NCBI GenBank assembly: GCA_965248695.1
Contig: CBDFKD010000002.1
Location: 1,952,001-2,016,000, forward strand
Source: Acidobacteriota bacterium
GTDB taxonomy: Bacteria > Acidobacteriota > UBA890 > WLXD01
Length of the DNA: 64,000 bases
Reading direction: 5' to 3'
A program made the translations under genes and the position numbers. Of the stretch, positions 1 through 10,960 are shown piece after piece (position 1 is the first letter of the stretch; every line of letters starts with the position of its first letter). Under the pieces are notes generated by a model. The model saw only the letters and a list, made by a program, of their open reading frames with translations. It ran no database searches and had not been told where the DNA came from.

Positions 1-48
1 GTGCGTCGTTCGCGGCGAATCCCCCAGAGCGCACGGGGCGGCGACGCC

Positions 49-1545
49 TCAGTTTGATCGCACCAGCGGAAACAGCTCCGATTCCGTGCGCGCCGTCCTC
101 AGGATCTCCTCGATACGCCCCACGACGCCGGGCTCGGCGGCCGCTACATCGCGCGCTTCGCCGATGTCGACGCCCAGATCGTACAGCTCGATGGGCCCGT
201 CGAAACGGTGCCGGAGCGCCTTCCAGTTACCCATTCTGAGCGACTGGCGTCCGCCGAATTCCCAGTACAGATACTCGTGCTGCTCTTGCTGCTCCGGACG
301 ATCCAGCAGGGTCGGCAGCAGCGAAACGCCATCGCTCGCGGCCGGGCCGTCAACCCCGGCCACCTCGGCGAGCGTCGGCATGAAATCCCAGAAAGCCGAG
401 ATCTGATCGCTGACGCGGCCGGCGCCGATGCAGCCTGGCCAGCGGGCGATCATCGGCACGCGTACACCTCCTTCGTACAACTGCGCCTTGCGGCCACGCA
501 GCGGCCCGGCGCTGGCGAAGAACTCGCGGTCGACCCCGCCGACCCAGCTGGGGCCGTTATCGCTGGTGAAGATGGTCAGCGTGTCCGCATCGAGTCCGAG
601 CTCGGCAACGCGGGCGGCGATACGGCCGATCTCGCGGTCCATACGGGTGATCATCGCCGCATAGGCGGCGCGCGGCGTCGGGTGTGGCAGGTAGCCCTGG
701 TCGCCGAGGTACGGGGTCTCCTCGAATGTCCCGACGTACTTATTCAGCGAGTCTTCCGGCACTTGCAGGGCAAGGTGGGGCGCCATGAACGGCAGAAACA
801 GGAAGAAGGACCGGTCCTGGTGCTGCTCTACGAAGCTCAGCGCCTCCTCGACGATGCGATCCATCGAGTACTGCTGCCCGGAGTAGGGCTCGTAGGAAGC
901 CGGATCCGATGGGTCGGCGTCGAGCGGCAAGGGCTGGTGCGGGTGAAAGTACTCGTTGCCGTCGAGCATCTCCCGGACTCCGTCGCTCCACAGGTGCTGC
1001 GGGTAGTAGTTGTGGGCCAGACGCTGCCCCAGGTACCCGTACCAGCGATCGAAGCCCTGCTGATTCGGAGAGCCGGTACTACCCGGCCCGCCCAGACCCC
1101 ATTTCCCCATCGCGCCGGTCACGTACCCCGCACGCTGCAGCAGGCCGGGTATGGTGACGGTGTCGGGAAGCAGCGGACGCTGGCCCTCGAGGCTGAGGTC
1201 GAACCAGATGTCGCCACGATCGGCCATCTCGTCGTTGTCTCGGATGTACGCGTGGCCGGTATGAAGCCCGGTCAGCAGGGTGCCGCGCGAGGGGGCACAA
1301 ACCGGGCTGCCCGAGTAGTGCTGCGTGAACCGGATGCCCTCGGCTGCCATGCGGTCGAGGCTCGGTGTACGGATGTGGCGCTGCCCGTAGGAACCGAGCT
1401 CGCCGTAGCCCAGGTCGTCGGCAAGGATCAGGATGATGTTCGGGGGCCGGGCCGCGACTTCCTGCCGGGTGCAGGCAGCCAGCGCCAGCGTCATCAGTCC
1501 GAGCGCGAGCACGCCGACCATCCGCACGAGATCGATCCTTCGCAT
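49..1545 (-). CDS. Arylsulfatase-family sulfatase, probable lipoprotein
   Basis: Lipobox LAAC; PNIILILADDLG; formylglycine motif CAPSRG; GKWGLG; TSDNG. Confidence 0.9.
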   Translation of the reverse strand: MRRIDLVRMVGVLALGLMTLALAACTRQEVAARPPNIILILADDLGYGELGSYGQRHIRTPSLDRMAAEGIRFTQHYSGSPVCAPSRGTLLTGLHTGHAYIRDNDEMADRGDIWFDLSLEGQRPLLPDTVTIPGLLQRAGYVTGAMGKWGLGGPGSTGSPNQQGFDRWYGYLGQRLAHNYYPQHLWSDGVREMLDGNEYFHPHQPLPLDADPSDPASYEPYSGQQYSMDRIVEEALSFVEQHQDRSFFLFLPFMAPHLALQVPEDSLNKYVGTFEETPYLGDQGYLPHPTPRAAYAAMITRMDREIGRIAARVAELGLDADTLTIFTSDNGPSWVGGVDREFFASAGPLRGRKAQLYEGGVRVPMIARWPGCIGAGRVSDQISAFWDFMPTLAEVAGVDGPAASDGVSLLPTLLDRPEQQEQHEYLYWEFGGRQSLRMGNWKALRHRFDGPIELYDLGVDIGEARDVAAAEPGVVGRIEEILRTARTESELFPLVRSN

Positions 1546-1697
1546 GGTGGCAGTCTCGCATGTGTTTCAATCCCCGCCATGCTGCAAGACTCGTCCTCCG
1601 TCGCCGCCTGGCTCGACAGGTTCTTGGCGGAAGGATGGGCGTGCTGGGTGGACCTGCCACTCGGCGAGGATGTAGCCGTGGATTCAGGAGCCAGCCT

Positions 1698-2699
1698 GTG
1701 AACGATCGGCAGCTACGGTGGGGCGTGGTCAGCACGTCGAACATCGGCCGCGCGGCGGTGAACCCGGCGATCCAGGCCTCCGGCAACGGCGAGCTCGTGG
1801 CGGTTGCCAGCCGCACCGCCGCCGGGGCACGGAAGTTCGCCCGGGAATCAGGAATCTCGCGCTCCTACGGCAGCTACGAGGCCCTGCTAGCGCAGGACGA
1901 CATCGACGCCGTCTACATCCCGTTGCCCAACAGCATGCACAAGAAATGGACCATTCGTGCCACCGAGCATGGCAAGCACGTGCTCTGCGAGAAACCGCTG
2001 GCGCTCACCGTCGACGAGTGCGTCGAGATGCAGGCGGCGGCCGATTCCAACGGCGTGAAGCTGATGGAAGCTTTCATGTACCGCTTCCATCCACGCACCG
2101 AGAAGGTCGCGCAGCTGGTCCGGGAGGGGGCCGTTGGCGAGCTGCGCCTGATCCGCAGCGCGTTCACATTTCGGCTCACGAAGCCCGAGAACATCCGCCT
2201 GCAGCCCGAGCTCGGCGGCGGCGCGCTGATGGATGTGGGCTGCTACTGCGTCAACATCAGCCGCACCATCACTGGAGCCGAGCCCACCGAGGTGCACGCG
2301 CTGGCAGAGTGGGGCCCGAGCGGCGTCGACACGCAGATGGTAGGCACGATGCGCTTCCCTGACGGAGTGCTGGCGCAGTTCGACTGCGCCCTTACGCTGG
2401 AGCGGCGAGAGTCCTACGAGATCGCCGGTACCGACGGCCATCTGCATGTGCCTTCCGCTTTTCTACCTGGAAGCGACGACGTGCAGATCCACCAGCACCG
2501 CAGCCGCGCCGACCCAGAGAGCCATATCGTCGCCGGCGTCGATGAGTATCAGCTGATGGTGGAGCACTTCGCCGCGTGTGTCCTCGATGGCCAGCCGCTG
2601 CGCTACGGTGCCGCCGAAGCGGCGCGCAACATGCGTGTCATCGAGGCCCTCTACCGATCGGCGAGGAGCGGCGGAGCCGTGGAACCGCTGGCGGACTGA
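1698..2699 (+). CDS. Gfo/Idh/MocA family oxidoreductase
   Basis: YIPLPNSMH, HVLCEKP, GGGALMDVGCY; GTG at 1698 follows AGGAG. Confidence 0.9.
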   Translation: MNDRQLRWGVVSTSNIGRAAVNPAIQASGNGELVAVASRTAAGARKFARESGISRSYGSYEALLAQDDIDAVYIPLPNSMHKKWTIRATEHGKHVLCEKPLALTVDECVEMQAAADSNGVKLMEAFMYRFHPRTEKVAQLVREGAVGELRLIRSAFTFRLTKPENIRLQPELGGGALMDVGCYCVNISRTITGAEPTEVHALAEWGPSGVDTQMVGTMRFPDGVLAQFDCALTLERRESYEIAGTDGHLHVPSAFLPGSDDVQIHQHRSRADPESHIVAGVDEYQLMVEHFAACVLDGQPLRYGAAEAARNMRVIEALYRSARSGGAVEPLAD

Positions 2700-2818
2700 C
2701 CGCGACCGGCGCGAGGCTTTCAGTCGACGCGAAACTGGCGGCGAGACTCTCTTCAGCCGACACGCGACCGGCGGTGAGCCTTCCATAGGCCGGCGGGCAA
2801 CCGCTGAGTTCAGATCTC

Positions 2819-4138
2819 TCAGCTGGCGCGTGCCTGACGCCAGATTTCCTTCAGCTTCGGACGGCTTCCGAGCGCCAGCAGGCCGATCCGGAAGAGCCGC
2901 GCGCCGAGCTTGAGCGCCAGCCAAGTCGAAACTACCAGGACTCCGAGCGAGAGCGCCAGCTCCCAGACCTGCACGCCCTCCGGATCGAGCGCGACGCGGC
3001 CGAGCACGGTTAGCGGGGCGCTGAACGGAATGAAGGTCATGACTCGAGCGATCGTGCCGTGCGGCGTGTTGAGGATGGCAGGGAACAGCATCATCGGCAG
3101 CACTGCCAACATGGTCCACACCGCCGCCAGCTTCTGCCCCTCCTGCTGGCTATTGCCGAAGGAGGCGAAGGCCAGCATGATCGCGCCGTAGAAGAAATAC
3201 GCCGCCACGAAGAAAAGCGTGCCGGTAATGAGCGCCTTCCAGGGAACCGTTACGCCGGCGGCGACGGCAATACCGGCCGCGATCGTGGCACCGAAGATCA
3301 CCATCGAGAACCAGACGAGCACCTGAAGTAGTCCCGCCGCGCCGAGTCCGAACAACTTGCCTGCGAGAATCTCGTCCGGCGAAGTGGACGACAACAGAAC
3401 CTCCACGACGCGATTCTCCTTCTCCGTGGAGACCCCCTGCACCAGGTAGCCGGTGGTGGTGAGCAGCGCGATCAAGAAGGTCAGGGTGAACGCGCCGGGC
3501 ACCAGGACACGCAAGATCGCTGTCAATCGATCGTAGGGGTGTGTCGCCCCGGCGTCGTCGATGACCCAGTCCCGATGGGTCGCAATCGGATCGGACAGTC
3601 GCGCCCGGATGGTCTCCGGAACCTGTTGCTGAAACCTCTCGAGCAACAGCCCGGCGAGGTTCTCGCGCGCCGTCCCGCGCGGCGCGCGCACGTCGTCACT
3701 GGAGTAGACGTCGATCTCGCCGGACTGCACGAAATCCTCGGGTATGACGATGTAACCGCTGATCTGGCCGGCAAGAAACGCTCGCGTAGCGTCTGCCGAA
3801 TCGTCAAAACCACGAAACACCGTGTCGGTGAAGTGCGCGATCGGGCCGAGGCTGTCAGCGCCGCTTTGTTCCAGCGCCATACGTGCCGGTTCGGGTAGGT
3901 CGAGCAACGAACCAGCGAGATCCTCGCGCAGATCCAGCAGTCCGGCAGAGTCGATCACGCCGAACACCTGCGGATCGCCGTCGATGGAACGCTCGATGAA
4001 GGTGCCGAACCAATTGGCGAAAACCGCATACAGCAGCAGCAACGCCGGCATGCCCAGGGTTGCCAGCAGGTAACCCTTGGTACGCACGATCGAGAGGAAC
4101 TCGAACTCGGCCACCGATGCCACCTGCCGCCGCCGCAT
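2819..4138 (-). CDS. ABC-2 type exporter permease (NatB-like)
   Basis: N-terminal TM, large external loop, EKENRVVEVLLSS motif, several C-terminal TMs; coupled to the ATPase gene. Confidence 0.85.
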   Translation of the reverse strand: MRRRQVASVAEFEFLSIVRTKGYLLATLGMPALLLLYAVFANWFGTFIERSIDGDPQVFGVIDSAGLLDLREDLAGSLLDLPEPARMALEQSGADSLGPIAHFTDTVFRGFDDSADATRAFLAGQISGYIVIPEDFVQSGEIDVYSSDDVRAPRGTARENLAGLLLERFQQQVPETIRARLSDPIATHRDWVIDDAGATHPYDRLTAILRVLVPGAFTLTFLIALLTTTGYLVQGVSTEKENRVVEVLLSSTSPDEILAGKLFGLGAAGLLQVLVWFSMVIFGATIAAGIAVAAGVTVPWKALITGTLFFVAAYFFYGAIMLAFASFGNSQQEGQKLAAVWTMLAVLPMMLFPAILNTPHGTIARVMTFIPFSAPLTVLGRVALDPEGVQVWELALSLGVLVVSTWLALKLGARLFRIGLLALGSRPKLKEIWRQARAS

Positions 4139-5046
4139 CAGTGCTCGCGCTCCCGCTGCACGACGTTCACGAACACGTCCTCCATCGAGGCCAGCGCCGG
4201 CTCGACGCGGTGGACGGCAGCGCCGGCCTCGACGAGGGCGCGCACCAGCCCGTCGACTCCCAGCCCCTGCCGTGGCCGCAGCAACCAGTTGCCGTCGCCA
4301 CCATCGGTAGCCTGGAGAATCTCCGCCAGCTCCGGCGGCGCCGCCGAAAGCGATACCCGAATGTCGCCGGCCGAATGCTCGCGGCGCACCGCTTCGGTCT
4401 CGCCGAACACCATGAGGCTGCCGTGATCGATCAGCGCCACTCGATCGCAGAGCTCCTCGACGGCGTTCATCCGGTGTGTCGACAGGATGGTGGTCATGCC
4501 GGCGTCACGCCGCTCCTCGATGAGCTCCTGCACCAAACGCACGTTGACCGGATCGAGTCCGGTGAACGGCTCGTCGAGCACGCAGAGATCGGGCTCGAAC
4601 AGCAACGTGCCGGCCACCTGCACCTTCTGGCTCATCCCCTTGCTGAGCCGATCAACCTTCCAGCTGGCGACATCGGGCAAGCCGACCCGCCCGAGCCAGA
4701 ACAGCGCACGTTGGCGAGCATCGGCGCGGGTCATTCCGTGCAACCGACCGAAGTACGCCAGCACGTCGACGATCTTCTGCTTCTTGTACAACCCGCGTTC
4801 TTCGGGAAGATAGCCGACTCGATCAAGCAATGCGTGGGTCAGCGGCTCGCCGAACAGGTGCACCCCGCCCTCGTCGGCACGGATGATGTCGAGCAGGATG
4901 CGGATCAGGCTGGTCTTGCCGGCACCGTTCGGCCCCAGCAACCCGAACACCTCGCCGCGACGCACCTCGAACGACACGCCGCGCAACGCCACGGTCTCGC
5001 CATAGCTCTTGTGGATGTCGTCGAACCGTACAGCGGTATCGGACAC
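4138..5046 (-). CDS. ABC exporter ATP-binding protein (NatA-like)
   Basis: Walker A GPNGAGKT, signature LSKGM, Walker B VLDEP. Confidence 0.92.
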   Translation of the reverse strand: MSDTAVRFDDIHKSYGETVALRGVSFEVRRGEVFGLLGPNGAGKTSLIRILLDIIRADEGGVHLFGEPLTHALLDRVGYLPEERGLYKKQKIVDVLAYFGRLHGMTRADARQRALFWLGRVGLPDVASWKVDRLSKGMSQKVQVAGTLLFEPDLCVLDEPFTGLDPVNVRLVQELIEERRDAGMTTILSTHRMNAVEELCDRVALIDHGSLMVFGETEAVRREHSAGDIRVSLSAAPPELAEILQATDGGDGNWLLRPRQGLGVDGLVRALVEAGAAVHRVEPALASMEDVFVNVVQREREH

Positions 5047-5120
5047 GGTGGCCTTGCTCCCCGTTCGATCGCGCGCTGGACTCCACGCGCTGGACCTACT
5101 TCCAGGCTTGCGCGCAGCCG

Positions 5121-7433
5121 TCAGCTGCCTTCCGCCGCGTCCGTCGCCCCTGGCGTGCCCTCGAGCGTCTTCAGCACGTCACGCCAGACAAACTTCTCAC
5201 CCATGCCGCGCACGTAGTAGTCCATCCACGCCATCTCGCTGACCGCCTTCACAAGCCGGTTGCGCGGGTCAGGAATACCGTGGCTGCGGCCCGGGTACAT
5301 GAACAGCTCGGTGGGCACCCCGAGCTTCTTCAGGGCCATGTGCAGCTCGACCGACTGCGGGCTGGGAACGCGCGGATCGCCCTCGACCACATGGATCATC
5401 GTTGGCGTCTTGGCGTTCTTGATGTACTTCATCGGCGACTGCTGCCAGTAGGCATCGTAGTTGTCGTACGGGAGGTCATTGCCGAGATAGAACTGGCGAT
5501 TGCGCTGCACGTCGCTCTGGGCGTACATCGAGATCCAGTTGGATGTTCCAGCACCCGAGCTGATCGCCCTGAAGCGGTCGGTGTGGGTGAGGATCCAGTT
5601 GGACCAGTGGCCGCCGGCGCTCCAGCCGAGCGCTCCCATGCGGTCGGGATCGACGATGCCCTCGGCGATCAGGTGATCCACCCCGGTCATGATGTCGTCG
5701 TAGCCCTGTGGGAAGTAGTTGCCGACGATCTCGGTGCGATGCTCCTCGCCGTAGTTCGAAGACCCGCGGTAGTTGGGCTTGAGCACGGCGTAGCCGGCGC
5801 CGGCGTACACCTGCGATCCATAGCCGCCGTTGAAGCGCAGTGTGTCGGCGCCGGCGGGACCGCCGTGGATGGCGACGATGAGCGGGTAGCGTTTTCCTTC
5901 CTCGTAGGCGACGGGCTTCACCAGCACGCCGCCGACTTGCTTGCCGTCGGTCGAGGTCCAGGTAACCTCGGTCTCCTCACCAAGCGCAATGCCCTCGACC
6001 TGACGGTTGACGTCGACGAGCTGCTTCCAGCTCGAGCGCGTGCCGACGTCCGCGACGCTGGCAACGGTGAACAGCGTCGGCGGAGTGCTCGGATCGGAGT
6101 AGTTGATCAACAGCACTCCGGAGTCCTCGTCGCGGCTCACCCTGAGCGCCGCCGCCTCGCGCGTCAGCTGCTGCACCTCATCGTCGGTGACGTCGAGGCC
6201 GTGCAGCTGCCTGGTGACACGCACACCGCCATTGAAGTAGATCGTGCCCCCGTCGTCGGACCAGAAGCCCGGCGATGCATGGCCGTCGAAGCCGGTGCCG
6301 ATCTTGCGAAACGCACCGCCACGATCGGCAACCTCGCGCACGTAGATGCGCCGGTTCTTCATGCTGTAGGCAGACATGTCGTCGGGGGCGGAGAAGGCCA
6401 GCAGGCGACCGTCCGGGGAGAAGCTCATGCCGCCCTCGCCGACCTCATGGTTGTCGGTCAGGCGCTCCACCTCACCGGTCTCGGTCTCCAGCAGGTAAAG
6501 ATCGGCGTTGATCCGTTCCTCGGTGATGTTGCGCTCGTAGCGCTCGGCCGAAGAGCCCGTGAATCCCACCCAGCGGCCATCGTCCGACACCGTGAAGCTC
6601 GCCACGCTCATGCTCGGGTCATCGGTGAGCCGGGTCGCCGTCAGTGAGTCGACCTCGAGCGCCCACAGGCTCGACAGTGGCGTCACCTGATTGCGGATAT
6701 CGACGGTGAACTTCTTTTTCGCCCGCAGCCGCTCATCGGCGTCGGCGCTGTCGGGACGGGTGAAGTAGATGCGGCCGCTGTCGGGGGCCCAGTCCCAGTC
6801 ATCGACCCCGGCAACGTCGTCGGTGAGCTGCTCCGCGGTAGCCGCGTCGATGCCCTGCACCGACAGCCTGAACAGTTGCTGTTGACCGGATTCGCCGCTG
6901 CGGTAGACCAACCACCGGCCGTCGGGGCTGAAGCCGAAGTCCGACACCCCGTCGTCAGCATCCGTTACTCGCCGCGCCTCGCCACCGTCCGGACGCATGA
7001 GGTACAGCTGGTCCCCGCCAGTCGAGTCACCGTCATCGGGGCCACGGTCCCGAGCACGATCACGGTCCGATGCGAATACGAAAAAACGCCCGTCGCGTGA
7101 CCAGGCGGGGTATCTCTCGCTGCGGTCGTCCGTGTAGGTCATGCGGCGGCCTGACGCCACACCCTGCAACAGCGACACCAGATGGATGTCAGTCTGCTGC
7201 GATGCCTCTTCCCAGTCGGGGGTGGATACCGTGTAGAGCATCCAGGTACCGTCCGGGCTGGGGGCGAACGAGCCGGCGCGCGCCATCTCCTGCATGTCGA
7301 GGAAGGTCATGGCGCGCGGTCCCTCGCCCGGCGCCTGGCCAGCGGCCGGCGTGGCAAGCGCGGGGGCGATCAGGAAAACGGCGACTACGAGTGCGCCGGG
7401 CGCCATTGAGAGGCGTGAGCGATAGCCGAGCAT
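5121..7433 (-). CDS. Secreted S9 family peptidase (beta-propeller plus alpha/beta hydrolase)
   Basis: Signal peptide, repeated SPDG/WSxDG blades, IHGGP, nucleophile GWSAGG, catalytic D (DPRV) and H (SHG). Confidence 0.9.
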   Translation of the reverse strand: MLGYRSRLSMAPGALVVAVFLIAPALATPAAGQAPGEGPRAMTFLDMQEMARAGSFAPSPDGTWMLYTVSTPDWEEASQQTDIHLVSLLQGVASGRRMTYTDDRSERYPAWSRDGRFFVFASDRDRARDRGPDDGDSTGGDQLYLMRPDGGEARRVTDADDGVSDFGFSPDGRWLVYRSGESGQQQLFRLSVQGIDAATAEQLTDDVAGVDDWDWAPDSGRIYFTRPDSADADERLRAKKKFTVDIRNQVTPLSSLWALEVDSLTATRLTDDPSMSVASFTVSDDGRWVGFTGSSAERYERNITEERINADLYLLETETGEVERLTDNHEVGEGGMSFSPDGRLLAFSAPDDMSAYSMKNRRIYVREVADRGGAFRKIGTGFDGHASPGFWSDDGGTIYFNGGVRVTRQLHGLDVTDDEVQQLTREAAALRVSRDEDSGVLLINYSDPSTPPTLFTVASVADVGTRSSWKQLVDVNRQVEGIALGEETEVTWTSTDGKQVGGVLVKPVAYEEGKRYPLIVAIHGGPAGADTLRFNGGYGSQVYAGAGYAVLKPNYRGSSNYGEEHRTEIVGNYFPQGYDDIMTGVDHLIAEGIVDPDRMGALGWSAGGHWSNWILTHTDRFRAISSGAGTSNWISMYAQSDVQRNRQFYLGNDLPYDNYDAYWQQSPMKYIKNAKTPTMIHVVEGDPRVPSPQSVELHMALKKLGVPTELFMYPGRSHGIPDPRNRLVKAVSEMAWMDYYVRGMGEKFVWRDVLKTLEGTPGATDAAEGS

Positions 7434-7459
7434 GACTGACTCCGTGGGAACGTGATGGT

Positions 7460-9292
7460 CTACGGGATGTCGAGCGCGGTCTGCGGGCTGACGTACACGA
7501 CACGACCATCAAAGAGCGTCAGCTCGCAAACCATGTCCTTGATATCGGCGGTGGGCACGGTATACGGGTCGCGGTCCCAGACCGCGAGATCGGCGTACTT
7601 CCCCACCTCGATCGAGCCGATCTCATCCTCCAGGAACATCTGCCGGGCACTCCAGATGGTGTAGGAGCGCAGCGCAGTGCGAATATCTACCGACTCGTCC
7701 ATCCCCCACGGGTTGGGGCCATAGACCCCGAGCAGCGTCTCGCGGGCCACGGATGCCCACAGCCCGTAGCGGGCCTCGAAGGGCGTGACGCTGAAGTCGG
7801 AGGCGCTCGCCCAGGTGATCCCCTTGTCGACGAAGGTCGCGAACGGGTTGAGCCGCAGCGCGCGCGTCGCGCCGAAGTTCCCGGCATACGTATCACCAAT
7901 CCACCACATGAAGGGCGGCGAGGGCTCCGGATAGGCGGCGTCGAACTCGCGCTCCAGCCGCGCCATCGTGTCGATCGCGTGATCCGTGGGGACGTTGGCG
8001 TGGATGATGCCGTGACGCATTCCGGAACGGGGATTGTCCGTCAGCGCCATGGCGTAGCTGTCGACCACCCAGTCGATGCCGCGATCGCCGATCGAGTGGG
8101 TGCTGACGTGCAGGCCGGCGTCGTGGAACAGCCGGATCTTGTCGCGCACCAGCTGCGCCTCCTCGACCGGGTAGCCGCGGTTGCCGGTGTCTACCTGATC
8201 GAAGTCGCGGTTCCAGTCGTCGTGCATCCACGCCGTCCGCGCTCCGCCGCTGCCGTCGATCATTAGCTTGATACCGCCGGAGATCAAACGATCATCGCCG
8301 GTCGACTCGTACGGCCTGGTGAACGCCGCGACGCGCTCCACCAGCGCCTCGGCCTCGCTCAGGTCGCCGCGGCTGCGCCAGAGCACGAAGACCCTGACCG
8401 ACAGATCGCCGTCGGCGAGCACATCGGTATAGGCGTCCCAGGTCTCCTGCCCGATGCCCGGGTCCTTCAGGCCGGTCATGCCCTCGGCGTTGAACGCCTG
8501 CGCCAGATCACGCATGCCATCGCGCACCTGCTCGGGGCTCAGCGGCGGAATCAAGCCATTGACCAGCCCCTGGGCGCGCTCCTTGAGGACGCCGGTAGCG
8601 TTGCCGTCGGCGTCTCGATCGATCGTGCCGCCAGGCGGGTCGGGGGTATCGGCGGTGATGTCAGCGAGCTCGAGCGCCAAGCTGTTGGCGGCCCCGTAGT
8701 GGCCCATCGTATGCGTAAGCCAGACAGGGTTGTCCGGCGATACGGCGTCGAGGTCGGCGGCCGTGACATAGCGCAGCTCCTCGAACTTGCCCTCGTCCCA
8801 GCCGCGGCCGCGCACCCATTCCCCCGGCGCGGCCGGCGCAACGCGCTCTGCGACTTTGGCGACCACGTCGGCGACCGAGGTAACCTCCGGATAGCTGAGG
8901 TCCAACACGTACAATCGCGTAGCACCGCCATTGCCGAAGTGAGCGTGGGCGTCGAGCAGCCCCGGCGTTGCGGCCCGGCCGCCGAGGTCGATCCGCTGCG
9001 TCGATGAACCGATCAACGGCTCGATCTCGGCGCTCGTGCCAACGGCAACAATGCGACCGTCCTTCACCGCCACGGCTTCGGCGACGGTGTCCATCGCATC
9101 GACAGTAATGATCTTGCCGTTGACCAGCGCGATGTCGGCAACGTCGGCCGCCGGGGAACCCGGGCCACCGCTGCACGCGACCATGCCGATACACGCCGCG
9201 ACGCAGGCGCCGCGGAGTAGCGGTTCGGCCCCACGCGGGTACTGCGACGGACGCTGAAGGACTTGGTGCTGTGCTACCGATTCGAGGCTCAT
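7460..9292 (-). CDS. Amidohydrolase_3 (YtcJ-like) family protein, probably exported
   Basis: PGLLDAHAH, KLMIDGS, HSIGD, GSIEVGKYADL; ATG 9292 follows GGAG; start uncertain. Confidence 0.85.
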   Translation of the reverse strand: MSLESVAQHQVLQRPSQYPRGAEPLLRGACVAACIGMVACSGGPGSPAADVADIALVNGKIITVDAMDTVAEAVAVKDGRIVAVGTSAEIEPLIGSSTQRIDLGGRAATPGLLDAHAHFGNGGATRLYVLDLSYPEVTSVADVVAKVAERVAPAAPGEWVRGRGWDEGKFEELRYVTAADLDAVSPDNPVWLTHTMGHYGAANSLALELADITADTPDPPGGTIDRDADGNATGVLKERAQGLVNGLIPPLSPEQVRDGMRDLAQAFNAEGMTGLKDPGIGQETWDAYTDVLADGDLSVRVFVLWRSRGDLSEAEALVERVAAFTRPYESTGDDRLISGGIKLMIDGSGGARTAWMHDDWNRDFDQVDTGNRGYPVEEAQLVRDKIRLFHDAGLHVSTHSIGDRGIDWVVDSYAMALTDNPRSGMRHGIIHANVPTDHAIDTMARLEREFDAAYPEPSPPFMWWIGDTYAGNFGATRALRLNPFATFVDKGITWASASDFSVTPFEARYGLWASVARETLLGVYGPNPWGMDESVDIRTALRSYTIWSARQMFLEDEIGSIEVGKYADLAVWDRDPYTVPTADIKDMVCELTLFDGRVVYVSPQTALDIP

Positions 9293-9567
9293 ACGGCCGC
9301 TCCAATGGTCATGGAACCAGGCAACGGGGCCCTGCTTGCTAGGGAGCCCGCGGCTCCAGAGAGTACCGCGATGATGAGCGATGTTCCGAGGTCCGCGACC
9401 ATCCCGACGAGACGCTGGCAGCAATCCATGCCGCCACGCGCTGAGCAATCTCGCGCTACGCGCCCGCAGGAACCACTTCAAAGCCGAGCTTCAGCTCGCT
9501 AGGACTCTGCCCACCCCCGGTCTTCGTGGACGGGCAAGGGCAACTTGGCTCGAGCGATCCGGCGCCA

Positions 9568-10425
9568 CTACTCATGCGCGTACGGCTCGATCTCGAGGGG
9601 CGCACCCCTGTAGTTGCCGTCCGGTATGACGCTGGGCAATCGGTACTCGAGGCGGCTGAGGATCTCGAACATTGCCGGGTCGCCCTGCCTCAGCTTGTCG
9701 CGCGTGTTCAGTGGCCATTCGTGCCCGATCTGATCGAGCCGCCCGGGCAGATCCTGCGCCCCGATGAACGACGTGAACGTCCAGTAGATGTACTCGCTCG
9801 CCTGGCAGTCGTAGTCGCAGGTCTCGTCGTCGTACGTGTACCAGGCGCCTTCTGGATACTCGTCGGGAGGCCTTTCGAAGCGACCTCCCCGAGCCAGGTC
9901 CATGGCGTTGGCGACCTCGGTCCCGGGGACACGATTGAAGACCTCCGGGTAGGCGACGCTCAGCCCGTTGTCGGTCACCATGTGCCAGATCTCCTCGAGC
10001 GCCGTGTCGAACTCGCCGCGCTCCCGAGCACCCGGCCGGGTCTCCTCGTCGTACAGGCCCTGGCCGCGCGGACGCTGACGGCGGGGGATGCGCCGGCCCT
10101 CACCCGCGGTCCTGGTCATCGTGATGGCGCCGTTCGTGTCGATGATCGCCTGATAGATCTACGGGTTGTCGGGCGCCCCGTCCTCGTCGTTGTCGAGAAA
10201 CTGCGCCAGAACGCCGGCCGCGTGCAGGAGCTTGTCGTCGCCCGTCGTGTTGGTAGCGTAGATCGGCACGCCCAGCACTATCACCTTCTTGGTGAACGCG
10301 ACGTCCGCGACCGGCGACTGTTGCTCCTCGGACGCGATCGGCGCGTCAGCAGTGAGGGCAGCGCCGCAACCCGTGGCAGCGAGCGCGCACACCGAACCGT
10401 ACGCCAACAGGACCGGTGCTTTCAT
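9568..10425 (-). pseudogene. Uncharacterised lipoprotein split by one in-frame TAG
   Basis: The two ORFs are in the same frame: ...GAC AAC CCG TAG ATC TAT CAG... (TAG at 10159-10161); lipobox-like ATGC; EEIWH and CxxxC in the C-terminal part. Confidence 0.7.
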
Positions 10426-10542
10426 GACCTTCTCCGGCACCCGCGGCGCAATATCGCGGCCACATCCCCAGCCCGGTGCGCCCTCGGCAGCTCAGTGACG
10501 TTCACGCCTGTACCAGGCATCCAACGCCCCCTCGGGTTGGGC

Positions 10543-10956
10543 TCAGTACAGCCGGCGCTCTTCCGTAGTTACCGCTGCCAGGAGAAAGGCGCCTGCCGCA
10601 GCCACGAACACCGACGCGTCGAGCGGCGACTTGATCCCCTCGGAAATCGTCATCGCGAGAGCGAACAGCAACAGGAGCAAACCGCTGGCGTTTGCGACCC
10701 AAGTCAGCCGCCAGCCAACCAGCAGTGCGATGGCGAAGCCCAACTCGCCCAGGGTCGCCACCCAGCCGACGATCGGAACGAGGCCGGCGGGAAGGAACCA
10801 GTTGAGCGCGGCGACGTAGTCGAGAAACTCGGTCCAGTTCCCCCAGGCAACCCCGGGCGCGCCCGGGGCTCCCCAAAGACCGAATCGATCCGCCACCGCC
10901 GACAAGAAACCCGCCGCCAGAGCGATGCGTAGGAACCATCGTGCGGCATCCGACAT
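10543..10956 (-). CDS. DoxX family membrane protein
   Basis: LRIALAAGFLSAVADRFGLWG pattern, four hydrophobic segments. Confidence 0.75.
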   Translation of the reverse strand: MSDAARWFLRIALAAGFLSAVADRFGLWGAPGAPGVAWGNWTEFLDYVAALNWFLPAGLVPIVGWVATLGELGFAIALLVGWRLTWVANASGLLLLLFALAMTISEGIKSPLDASVFVAAAGAFLLAAVTTEERRLY

Positions 10957-10960
10957 TCGC

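Noticed and set aside
208-1701. Long antisense or alternate-frame ORFs (e.g. 208-1701, 5280-6647, 9526-10932, 13620-14966, 52842-54479)
   Set aside because: They shadow well-supported genes on the other strand, have no motifs and are expected in high-GC DNA
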